From Chara braunii (Eukaryota > Plantae > Charophyceae), in contig BFEA01000014.1 of NCBI GenBank assembly GCA_003427395.1, positions 2,070,314 through 2,126,260 of the forward strand: 55,947 nucleotides of DNA, read 5' to 3'. Shown piece by piece: positions 11,237-23,275 of the stretch (position 1 is the stretch's first letter; every line of letters starts with the position of its first letter). A program made the translations under genes and the position numbers. The notes under the pieces were generated by a model that ran no database searches, was not told where the DNA came from, and saw only the letters and a list, made by a program, of their open reading frames with translations.

Positions 11237-11328
11237 GGAACGATACAGAGTAGATTAGCATGACCAACTAGGCTTGCTACCAACTAGGCTAGGCCCGTTG
11301 GTCATGCTAATCTTCTCTGTGTCGTTCC
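11237..11328. pseudogene. U6: Inverted pair of U6 core fragments (GGAACGAYACAGAGWAGATTAGCATG)
   Basis: Forward copy 11237-11262 and reverse copy 11303-11328 each match the U6 ACAGAGA box to AGC region with one mismatch. Confidence 0.85.
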
Positions 11329-11348
11329 CAAGGACCTTTCCTCTTTCC

Positions 11349-11468
11349 AGCAGGTGTTGCTCCCCACCAATAGATGGAGCGGCCCGCCAGGCAAAGCCTC
11401 AATCCCGGTGGTTCTAATACCACCACCAGGATAGAGGCCTTGCACAAGGGCTTTTAAAAAAAAAAAAA
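11349..11468 (+). mobile_element. 5'-truncated retroposon (3' end with poly(A))
   Basis: Poly(A) tail and 18-bp TSD AGGACCTTTCCTCTTTCC at 11331-11348 and 11469-11486. Confidence 0.85.
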
Positions 11469-11732
11469 AGGACCTTTCCTCTTTCCTGTAATGACTGTCT
11501 TCGATTTTTTTAATTACAAAAACCGTAAAAACGTATGGTTAGCCATTGAACATTAGGCCTTCGGAAAACTCAGGAAACAAAAAAAAAGGCAGAAAAATTA
11601 TCCCCCTCCAGAAAACTGGCTTCCAGAAAACTGGCTTCCAGAAAAATTACCCTCCAGCCCATCAAGGGCACAAATTAAGAAGTGCAGCAAATTCGAAGTA
11701 ATAAGCTGAGAGCGGAAAGAGAAAAGCGAGCA

Positions 11733-11804
<72 letters not shown>

Positions 11805-12229
11805 GTTCGCGCTTGAGGCAGGACTGCAAAAAAGAAAATGCAGCGAGTTTCGTAAAGTCTGAGAGGGCCGAGGCGACTGCATTTCGTACAGTGAAAGCGA
11901 CCAAAAGAAGTTGAGTGAAGTATGGAAGGCCTTCTGCATTTGCACAATGAAGGCAGCTAGATGCTGAACATGAATCCGGTCGGCCTTCACCATACAGATA
12001 CAAAGGGCCGTGCATTTTCCTGGGATTACGAAACTCAATAATCACTCTTTAAGTCTGTTTAAGAGCAATTTAACAGCACACTTATAAATTAAAACAATAT
12101 AAAACCGACGCCTGGGTAGGCTGTAGAAAGCGACAAGTGGGGGCAAACCAGCAAATTGTCCCATAAACAGCAAGAGAGAAATGCACAGATAGAGGAATAT
12201 ACACACTTCACAGCATTTATTTATTTATG

Positions 12230-12264
<35 letters not shown>

Positions 12265-12587
12265 TTCACAGCATTTATAAATTTATATACACACTGCATA
12301 GCATTTAGTCTTTGCTAATCACACATCCACACCACGAGATAGACTAGGGCATTTTTCTGTCAAGCTCTGGACGTGATTGCGGCCAGATTCACGCAGTTCT
12401 GGCAGTAATTGCAGTCAAATACATGTAGAAAAGTGCTCGTATGAGTATGCCCTAGTAGGGCACAACCTCCCGGTTTGACCGCACTGGGTGGTACTTACTC
12501 TTTGCTACGAAGGTGGTTTAGCCTGACCGTAGCCCAAACCCTGGTTTCTATCTTGGAGAGCGCCCGTCCTTAAAAATAACATGGTGG

Positions 12588-12669
<82 letters not shown>

Positions 12670-12747
12670 GCGGGCGCGCGCGCGCGCTCGACCAGTTGTT
12701 CAACATATCTTCGCCGCGATCGGTCGGATTTTCGTCCTGGTCCGTAA

Positions 12748-12819
<72 letters not shown>

Positions 12820-12820
12820 N

Positions 12821-12907
<87 letters not shown>

Positions 12908-13992
12908 GCACACACGCATTCTTCTGTCTGACACTCGGCCGAGCTTGGCTGTTCACAGAAGATGTGTCTGTGAGTTACTACTGCTGGGGAAGAACAATGC
13001 ACGCTGGAAGATCGCAAACGGAGAAGGGGATAAATTGAATCACCCAGCAAATCTAGACCAGAAAAGACGGAAGAGGATTAGTTCAAGGCGCACGCACCAC
13101 CGAGTAAGAGGACTAGTGCTGTGTCTGCTGTGCCAAACAGAGAAATGGTCATTGAAGGGAATCGGCGGTTTTCATATCCAGTTCAGTGAGTCTGTCATCT
13201 CGAAATCCAAGCGGCTGTCTCTGATAACCTGAGATCAAGAGCGCGGGAGAAATGCATTGGAATGCCTTCCTCCTGAGCGGAAGGGAAAGAGCGAGGAGAG
13301 AGGAGAGAGGATGAAAGAGAGAGGAGAGAGGAGAGAGGGCGAAAGAGAGAGGAGAGAGGGGAGAGGGCGAAAGAGAAAGAAAAGAGTAGCAGAAGAAGAA
13401 CGAAAAAGAACAAAGAATATAAGAAAGAGGGAAATGAGAGGCAAACAAGAAGAGAGAATGGATGTAGCATTCTCCTAACGAGTGAGAATGGAAGTAGCAT
13501 TCTCCTAACAAGAAGAGAGAATGGAAGTAGCATTCTCCTAAGAGCGAGAGAAGAGAGGAGAGCGAGAGAAGAGAGGAGACCTAGAGAAGAGAGGAGAGCG
13601 AGATAAAGAACGATACAGCAGAGGATCAAGAGTCTCTCCACCCCTCTCTCTACCTTGTACGCAGCACACAGGACGGACCCCACCTACCGTCCTCCCACGA
13701 AATGAAAGCACGGTCATTATAGCTGTATTCGGGACAACTTTCAGTCGAGATACAGGGGGATAATGACAGTGCGTTCCATTCGGGGCGAAGACGGCAGAGG
13801 CTCAAGCACAAGGAAGGCCGCTCACCCAGTCGCTCATCTGCATCCACTTGCGCAGACAGGAGCATGACTACCGAAACCAGCGACTAACGGCTCTGCGCGC
13901 ACGCGTGCGCGCACATGCGCGCAGGCATAGATATTCCCCGCGATGAATACAACAGTCAAAGAGCTCACCGAAAACGAGGTACCGAAACAGAA

Positions 13993-14096
<104 letters not shown>

Positions 14097-14556
14097 TTAT
14101 CCATCTATCTCGCTCGCTCGCTCGCGAGCGAGCGAGCGACCAGGCGACCGAGCGCACACACGCTCGTTCGCGCAATCTGATTAACTGCAAGTGTGGGTGT
14201 GGTGATACTTCTGAAGGGAGGGGGCATTAATGCGTCATTATTAAGGACAGCAGGATATCTGGTGATGTCAACAGAATCCACAGGTCGACTTTACGGATTC
14301 AATGACGATGGAACCGACAGGCGGACGCCAGCCAACACGCAGGCGCACACAGCGAAACACAAAAATATAATTGAAGGAGGACAGACGGAGAGAGAGAACG
14401 AGTGTCGTGCGTTAAAACCACAAGCACACGTGCGAAAAGATGAGAGACAAGAAGACGGCAGAGGCACAAACTCAGATCTGGACAGAGAAACACAGGTTGG
14501 GAGACGAGAAAAACAGACCCTGGTCAGACCAGGCATTCCAAGGAAAGGCGAACGGT

Positions 14557-14601
<45 letters not shown>

Positions 14602-15091
14602 GAGAGAGAGAGAGAGAGATGGGGATGGGGACAGATAAAGCCACCTCAGGACCGATCGCCAGCAAGGAGAACTCATCGACCAGTTGTAGACGCGAAAACC
14701 AATCCCCGCCGTTGTCTTATGTGTGCGGGTGTGGATGTGGGTGAGGATGTGGGTGAGGATATGGGTGAGGATGTGGATGTGCGCGTTTACGTGTGGAGGT
14801 GTGGGTGTGGGTGTCGTGTGGAGGTGGAGGTGGGTTTGGGTGTGGGTGTTGTCATAGGGACCGAATGAGAGATGCAAAGAAAGAGGAGGCAGTCAATCAA
14901 TCATCAATGGGGAAGCCTGTGCGATACAAAGCGCAACAGACAGAGAGGAGAGAAGAGAGACTGAACAGAGACCGAAGAGAGAGAAAAGAGAGAATAGAGA
15001 GATGGAAAGAAGAACAATGCAGAGAGAAAAGTCGGCCGCAACCGTAGATTGATTACAAGTCATTGGGATAAAGAAGGAAAACAGATGTAGT

Positions 15092-15133
<42 letters not shown>

Positions 15134-15411
15134 AGAACGGGTGAGGATGACAACGGAAGGGGGGCGAGAAAGGGGCGAAAGAAGGACAATGGGCGGAGGG
15201 AGGATGGAAAGGAGGGCTCAGGGAAGGAGGCGGCGGGGGGCGGGGGCCAGGGGCCGGGGGTCGCGGAGCCAGCAGGCGGGAGGAGGGATGGGGAGAAGGA
15301 TGGGGAACGGGGAAAGCGGTGGGAGGGGGGGAAAGGAGTTAAACGATTCCCTCGACGAGGCCAGCGTGATGAATCAACAAAGGCGGCTGTTCTGATCACG
15401 TGTGCGTTTGC

Positions 15412-15459
<48 letters not shown>

Positions 15460-15513
15460 ATGCGAGCGAAGAAGAAGAGGAGCAATTGGGTAAGGCGAGA
15501 GCAGTCCGCTGAC

Positions 15514-15726
15514 CTTGAGTAGACGGAAGACCTTGCGCGCCAAGCTGGTGCTCTTGTCCACATTCTGAGCTGTCCCTGCTTTTCCCTGGCTAATGAACTT
15601 AGACCCGTACTGGATTGCTCGACATATCTTATCGCGTGTCTCTGCCTTTCCCAAGTAAAGAACAAGCAACGCGACATGGAGGCGTGTCTTGTCGAGAGCC
15701 GTCGTGGTGCTAACTGCTTCAGACAT
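15514..15726 (-). CDS. PEX11: Peroxin 11 (PEX11c/d/e type), coding exon 1
   Basis: MSEAV...LYLGKAETRDKICRAIQYGSKF...AQNVDKSTSLARKVFRLLK (71 aa), the hallmark plant PEX11c-e N-terminus; ends at AAG|GTCAG donor. Confidence 0.95.
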
Positions 15727-16203
15727 GACTGCCACAGAAGCGATGATGACGACGAGGATAACCGATGATGGCCAGGCAGAGTACTGCTCCTGGACGTGTC
15801 AACACCCGCGAGACAGAAGTGGGATGACACAGGAGAGAGAGCAAGACCGACAGAGGAGGAGGAGGAGGGAGGCGAGTAGAGACGGCAAGGGAAAGAGGTT
15901 TGGAAAAACGCGGAGGAAGAAGCACCAGAAGGCGCAGCGATGAAGATAGCCGCGCGAAAGGGACGGAGAGGAACTGTATAGAACACGAGCGCGGAGAAGA
16001 GACAATACGAAAGGGGGAATATGGGATCTTGTGCGCGCGAGGGAGGGAGAAACAACGGGGAGAGAGTGAACGAAGGTAAGGGATCGCGCAAATGGTGGAG
16101 AGAGAGATGGCCAAGAACAGCAAGACGATTTCTGAACAAGCGTGCCACGCTACTCGCAGCGAAAAGCACGGGAGCGAGCGAGCGAGAGAGAGAGAGAGAG
16201 AGA

Positions 16204-16236
<33 letters not shown>

Positions 16237-16237
16237 G

Positions 16238-16270
<33 letters not shown>

Positions 16271-17056
16271 NNNNNNNNNNNNNNNNNNNNNNNNNNNNNN
16301 NNNNNNNNNNNNNNNNNNNNNNNNNNNNNNNNNNNNNNNNNNNNNNNNNNNNNNNNNNNNNNNNNNNNNNNNNNNNNNNNNNNNNNNNNNNNNNNNNNNN
16401 NNNNNNNNNNNNNNNNNNNNNNNNNNNNNNNNNNNNNNNNNNNNNNNNNNNNNNNNNNNNNNNNNNNNNNNNNNNNNNNNNNNNNNNNNNNNNNNNNNNN
16501 NNNNNNNNNNNNNNNNNNNNNNNNNNNNNNNNNNNNNNNNNNNNNNNNNNNNNNNNNNNNNNNNNNNNNNNNNNNNNNNNNNNNNNNNNNNNNNNNNNNN
16601 NNNNNNNNNNNNNNNNNNNNNNNNNNNNNNNNNNNNNNNNNNNNNNNNNNNNNNNNNNNNNNNNNNNNNNNNNNNNNNNNNNNNNNNNNNNNNNNNNNNN
16701 NNNNNNNNNNNNNNNNNNNNNNNNNCGAGATGGAGAGAGATGGAGAGAGAGAAGGAGAGATGGGCGGCAAGAGAGTCTTGAGTTATCGTCTTTCCCGTGG
16801 GCTGATAAAAAGACAGACCAAGAAATTGGAAGAGACGTGGAATGAGAGTGAGAGAGGTGCGATGAGAGAAAGAGGCTCTCTCTCTTGCATTGCCGACAGT
16901 CTAGACCCTTCCCTCCTCAAACCAGTTCCCTCCCATCTCTCATAATCCTCCCATCTCTCATCACACACAAGGTATGCTAGGTACTACTCGTCACACGCAA
17001 GGTATTCTAGATCCCACTGTCCCAGAGCGCTTCAAGACAGAGAAGAAACAGTAAGG

Positions 17057-17200
17057 ACACCACAGACCAGGGAGAGAACAGAGAGAGAGAGAGAAGAAAA
17101 GCCAATCTCCGACACGTGGCCGATATATACACCACAGACCAGGGAGAGAACAGAGAGAGAGAGAGAAGAAAAGCCAATCTCCGACACGTGGCCGATATAT
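17057..17200. promoter_or_regulatory. 72-bp tandem duplication carrying CCAAT and G-box/ABRE (GACACGTGGC) upstream of PEX11
   Basis: GACACGTGGC at 17111-17120 and 17183-17192; regulatory function is inferred. Confidence 0.4.
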
Positions 17201-17539
17201 ATCTGGACTGGAGTGCAAGCCGATCAAACAGAGCCAATTTTGGACTTTCGTTTTTCATTTTTTTTCCCCATTTTCATATTATGACAACAAAAGTTATACG
17301 TAAACGTGTGCCTCTCGCATTCCGCCTTCCGACCTTGCGCCTCCCGCCTCCCAGCAAGTCTCACAATCGATCGATGAATTTGGCGGCAAACACGGTCAGA
17401 TTCCGTCGATTTGTCGAAAAACTAGAGCCGCGAGAAGGGCAGAAAGAAATACCGCGCTGGCCCCTGAACGCTGATCCGCGTCCAACGAGGATCCACGCCG
17501 AAGGGCGACGCACACTTGGCGGTACTTCAGCTAGGCTGG

Positions 17540-17973
17540 CGGAAATAACGAGCGGAATCTGGTCCACTGGTCGACCGGGTGCATGCCACGAAGCAGAAAA
17601 CTCCACCGAAGCCTACCTTAGGTACGGAGTAGTCTGGCGGAAAGACCGAGAGGAATCTGGACCACAAATGAACCAGGTTCCTGCCACGAAACTCCACCGT
17701 AGCCTATACCTTAGGCGGGGAGTAGGCTGGCGGAAAAAGCGAACGGAATCTGGACGCCTCGCCGACCCGTTTCATGCCACGAAAACAAAACTCCACCGTA
17801 GTAGGCTGGAGAAAAAAGCGAACGAAATCTGGAGGACATACCGACCAGATTCATGCCACGAAAACACAGAATATTACCATAGGCAACCTCAGGCGGGGAC
17901 TGTGACTCCAACGGGAAATGCTAACGGGCCAGCGCCCGCCGGAAATCACTCCCGCCAAAGCGAACGAAATCTG
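17540..17973. repeat. Degenerate ~80-140 bp tandem repeat running into a gap
   Basis: Recurring AATCTGG, CATGCCACGAA, AACTCCACCG and TAGGCTGGCGGAAA motifs, 4-5 units. Confidence 0.7.
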
Positions 17974-18940
17974 NNNNNNNNNNNNNNNNNNNNNNNNNNN
18001 NNNNNNNNNNNNNNNNNNNNNNNNNNNNNNNNNNNNNNNNNNNNNNNNNNNNNNNNNNNNNNNNNNNNNNNNNNNNNNNNNNNNNNNNNNNNNNNNNNNN
18101 NNNNNNNNNNNNNNNNNNNNNNNNNNNNNNNNNNNNNNNNNNNNNNNNNNNNNNNNNNNNNNNNNNNNNNNNNNNNNNNNNNNNNNNNNNNNNNNNNNNN
18201 NNNNNNNNNNNNNNNNNNNNNNNNNNNNNNNNNNNNNNNNNNNNNNNNNNNNNNNNNNNNNNNNNNNNNNNNNNNNNNNNNNNNNNNNNNNNNNNNNNNN
18301 NNNNNNNNNNNNNNNNNNNNNNNNNNNNNNNNNNNNNNNNNNNNNNNNNNNNNNNNNNNNNNNNNNNNNNNNNNNNNNNNNNNNNNNNNNNNNNNNNNNN
18401 NNNNNNNNNNNNNNNNNNNNNNNNNNNNNNNNNNNNNNNNNNNNNNNNNNNNNNNNNNNNNNNNNNNNNNNNNNNNNNNNNNNNNNNNNNNNNNNNNNNN
18501 NNNNNNNNNNNNNNNNNNNNNNNNNNNNNNNNNNNNNNNNNNNNNNNNNNNNNNNNNNNNNNNNNNNNNNNNNNNNNNNNNNNNNNNNNNNNNNNNNNNN
18601 NNNNNNNNNNNNNNNNNNNNNNNNNNNNNNNNNNNNNNNNNNNNNNNNNNNNNNNNNNNNNNNNNNNNNNNNNNNNNNNNNNNNNNNNNNNNNNNNNNNN
18701 NNNNNNNNNNNNNNNNNNNNNNNNNNNNNNNNNNNNNNNNNNNNNNNNNNNNNNNNNNNNNNNNNNNNNNNNNNNNNNNNNNNNNNNNNNNNNNNNNNNN
18801 NNNNNNNNNNNNNNNNNNNNNNNNNNNNNNNNNNNNNNNNNNNNNNNNNNNNNNNNNNNNNNNNNNNNNNNNNNNNNNNNNNNNNNNNNNNNNNNNNNNN
18901 NNNNNNNNNNNNNNNNNNNNNNNNNNNNNNNNNNNNNNNN

Positions 18941-21900
18941 AAGCAAGCTTGTCGCACGCAGCCCAGTGCCTACGGAACCAGCGTATTCCTGCAGAGACCG
19001 AAGCTGCTTTGTTTACCCGCCTATGCCAATCAAGAAGAATAACATGGCGCAATTCAGCCAAAACAGCGATAATCAAATCCTGACAGGATGAGCGTTTGCC
19101 CTCGCGGACCACGGCGTTACGCAACTTCCACATGTTCCAAAAAATAACTGCACGTGTGGCCTCAAAAACATAGGCTCTGTTCCGCGGTAATTGAAGAGTG
19201 GCAGAGCCCATGAGACTAGAAGTGTCAGACCACAACTTGACAGATTCTCCACCAATCCCAAAAAAAGGCCGAAGTGTCACAAGATATCCACAGGTGACAA
19301 AGGTCGTCAATGTAATATCCTCCACAACATCTATCACAAAACGGTTGGCCATTGCGAGTTCTACGGTACACTAGGCTAGCAGTAGGCACCGCACGGTGCA
19401 GATTGAACCATAACAAAGCAGCATGCTTTGGCACTGGCAAAGATAAAAGCAACTTCCACACGGGAGTAAAACAAACAGGCAAGTAAATGGAAAAGACCAA
19501 GAAAAATCGGAAGAATTGCTCCAGCTTTTAGAAATTTCCCAGTCCATGTCAACCTTAGGCAGCATCATGGCATAAGCAAGACGGACTGAGTGCAAATGAA
19601 TATCCACTGTACCAGCAGGATGTCGAGGGTCCTCCCAGCACCAATCTCGCGGATCCACAAACAATTTGTGTGCAGGAATCTGGACCTTATATGGTCGATA
19701 AAGCACAGAACCGAGGGTGGCGCCCTACGGAGTTTGTAACACAGAAACCGGGACCAAACCACAGAGATCAGACTCCACAGGCGCAGTTGACAACTGAGAC
19801 AGAGGTTGACCGAGACCAAGATACCCATCAGAGAGCTCCCAACAAGTCATTTCCCAATGATCAGACATCAACGGCTTTTCCAATCTCCAAAGTCTGTCTG
19901 GCCGTTGCATATGCTCATCCTTCATCCACGCTCCAACGGCCACACGCTTTTCTTGAATGCACTCCAACCAATGCATGGGAACGGCCTGCTGAATCGTACG
20001 CAGATGTTGTCTCCAATAGTGGAGACTGCCAAGGAGAGGAACCAGCTCTTCCTCCGTTTTCCATGTCCCAGCCACCTCGTCCCAAATATGTGCCCAGAGT
20101 GGCGACCCCACGCACCATCCAAGCATGACCAAAATTACCAACTCCAAAGAGCTGAAAAGGCAGACCATCAGGACGCAGAATATAGGGATTGTCGAAGAGA
20201 TTCTGGGAAAGGAGCCTATAGTACTCAAGCTTTGGAGGCTTTTTGGTCGGCAAGATCTTGATCCAAGCTTGCACTACGGATCTCCACAAGGGAGATGTGA
20301 GTCGTTTATGACAATACGGCCGAAGAAAAAGAGCAAGCTGAACCATTCCCAAATTGTGAAAATCAAAATCGAGGTCAAAGTCCAAAGCTAACAAATGGAG
20401 TGCTAGAAGCTCCCAAGTAGCATTGTCAGGCGCCAACAGCAGCCTGAGAGGCCATTTAGAAAGAAGCGCCGCAATCTGACACTTTGGATCCAGAAGTCCC
20501 AAACCACCATTGTGTTTTTTCTGAATGAGTTTATTCCACCCAACTTTTGGCATAAAGGGTTCTTTTTTGACAGACTCTTTCCAGAGATATCGGGCAGCCA
20601 ATTGTTTGATTTCTGCATACACCGCTGGTCTCAGCGGAGAAAGCGCCTGCTCGTACCAAAGTCTAGAGAAAACTGCATTGTTCAATGTCAAAGCTCTGCC
20701 CGGGAGGGCCACACCTTTGCATCGAGCCCAAGCAGCAACCGTAGAGGCCAGCTTGGCTAAGATATGACTCTGATTCCGACCAAGAGGGTTAGCAAAAGAA
20801 AGCTGAAAACCGAGAAGTCTCTCTGATTCCTCGGGCAACACAACGCTAATACCCCAATGATGGGGAGGCGGGGCGCCTGAGGGGATTAGCAGAACTGTTT
20901 TATTCCAATTTACCTTGGCTTCAGCGACCACGGAAAAAATGGTAATAACAGCTTTCAGTCTACTATAGACATCGTCGTGCAGAAGAAGAAAGATCGATGT
21001 GTCATCAGCGAAAGACTGGCTCTTGGCAGAGGGCGCATCAAGCAAAGGTAAGACCGGAAGTCCGACTATGCTATCATCCACTCTAATTGTAGCATGCAAT
21101 GCTTCCACATACAGAATGTACAAATAGTGGGCCAACGGACAGCCCTGTCGCACCGAACGAGAAATAGGAAAAAACTCAGACAATTTACCATTTATCAACA
21201 ATGCAGTTGTCGCTCCATTGAAGAGAGCTCGTATACAACTAAAAAAACGGGGCCCAAAGTTCAGCTTCGTCAACAGAGCGAAGAGGAACTGCCAAGCTTT
21301 TTCAAAGTCTAAGAGCAAGATTCCAAAGGGGGCTGCATATCGATTCACGAGTTCTGCACCCTGTGCCACAGCTATCACTGTGTCCAGAATCTGCCTGCCT
21401 CGCATGAATCCTGTCTGATCCGGATGGACGAGACCAGGCAAGACCGACTGCATGCGGTTAGCCAAAACTCTCGAAACGATCTTATAGAACGTAGTAGTCA
21501 ACGTGATAGGGCGCTTATTCCAAATTTGCGATTTTGCCCCCTTTTTGTGCACAAGAGTGACCACCCCCTGCAACTGTTGTGCAGGCATAGGATGACCCGA
21601 AGCCATGGACATGAGGCAGTTAACAATCTCTTGGTCAAGCATGGAAGCACATTTCTTGAACAGCATGGCTGATAAGCCATCAACGCCCGGAGCTTTACCC
21701 GGTGGTTGCTGTTTGATGGCCACCCTAATCTCATCAACTGTAAAGTCGCTCTCTAGTGCCTGCCGCTGCTCTAACGAGAGCTCTTTATCCAAAGCAGGCC
21801 AAATATGCAGTGAACAGTACTCGTCCACATTCGGGATTTGCAATCTGGTAGTGAAAAGATCCCTGCAGAACAAAACAGCATAATCCAGGATCGCCTCGGT

Positions 21901-23127
21901 TGTAACAGCGGGAGGAGAGGCCTCATCAAAGGGGTGGTCAAGTTGCAAGACACAGGTGTCAGATCCGTTGCAGGGGACTCTACGAAAGTGAGATGCAGTC
22001 ATACGGTCAGCCGCCGCCAACCATTTTTGCTTCGCTTTCCACACCGAGTGTTTGTGATAATCACGCACTTGCGACGCGATTTCGCGAATTTCAGAAATCA
22101 GCGGAGGTGAAATAACAGGGTCCGGATTCAAAGAAGGGCTCAGAAGTCGCAGCACCTCGCGCAGTTTACTCTCTTGCCTGCTAAAGAAGTCAAGAGAACT
22201 GATCTGGCGTTTCGCGGTCAGGGCGTGGCGACGGAGAGAATTCAAAAGTGATTGCACTCTCACTGCAGGAGTGTCTCCAGAAGATAACGAGTTTTTCACA
22301 GTTTTCAACACATCCAAGGCGCTGCCAAGGAATCGAGTGTCATAGCAAAGGCTTTGAGGAAGGTACACCATATCATGAAAGATACGCAAGAACAAACGCC
22401 TCCGCAGAGAGAGGAGGAGCGGGAGGTGATCAGACCCCACAACAGGTAGAATGTCAGTATCCTGCAGCAAAGGGATAAGAGCATTGCTAATAAAAGAAAT
22501 GTCAATGCTTGAACGGGGGCAATAGGATGCGTTGGGATGGCAAGAGCCCAACCAAGTAAATTGTTGTCTGTCTGGATATAGAAAACGAAAAGTATCAGTC
22601 CACCCCAAAGCTGCAGCAGTGGCGACAATTCGCAAAGCGTCCGTCGCCGGCTGGTGGGGGACGAGAGAATCCAATCCAGGGGTAAGAGTCATATTCCAAT
22701 CCCCAATCAAAACGAGCCTGTCTATTAGCGGAACCAACCCGGGTAAGAACCGAAAAAAACGATTTCTTTCAGCAGGATCGACCGGAGCATAGAGCGTGAA
22801 AATGCCCCGTAGCTCACCGTCCAATTCAAAAGCAACCCAAGCCCAGCTTCCTTCAGAATCCCAAAAGAAGTCTCAAAAATGCACTGAGAAAGTGGGTGAG
22901 AACAAGATGGCCACTCCACCCTTTGTTCCCTTCGCGGGGGCCCAGAACTGCGGACCACGCCACCACATCTGACGGGCAGCAGCAAGACGATCCAGCTTCG
23001 TTTCTTGCAGGCACACTATTTGTGCGCCATGATTCCTAGCAAGAGCCGTGATCAAGGATCGTTTATAAGCGACTAATGTTGACCCTAGCCCTCTCACGTT
23101 CCACGAAGCAATTCTCACCACATCCAT
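18941..23127 (-). pseudogene. LINE ORF2: APE endonuclease, reverse transcriptase and zf-RVT-like C-terminus
   Basis: SWNVRGL, CLQETK, GDWN, SDH; KAPGVDG, RPITL, LDFEKA, QGCPL, FADD; HLWISC; several frameshifts and a small deletion after DFEKA. Confidence 0.93.
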
Positions 23128-23275
23128 CTACAAGCGGAAGCTGCAGTAGGGGGAGAAAAAAACGGAACACCCTTTTTTTTTTTTTTTTTAAACAGCATCT
23201 CTACTAATCAGTTACCGCCGCATCATGCTAAACAACCTGGTATCACACACCTAAAGCACAAAACCACGCCGCCCA

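Noticed and set aside
11071-11302. Spliceosomal intron in U6, as in some fungi
   Set aside because: The insert has no GT 5' end and is bounded by duplicated target sequence and A-rich tails.
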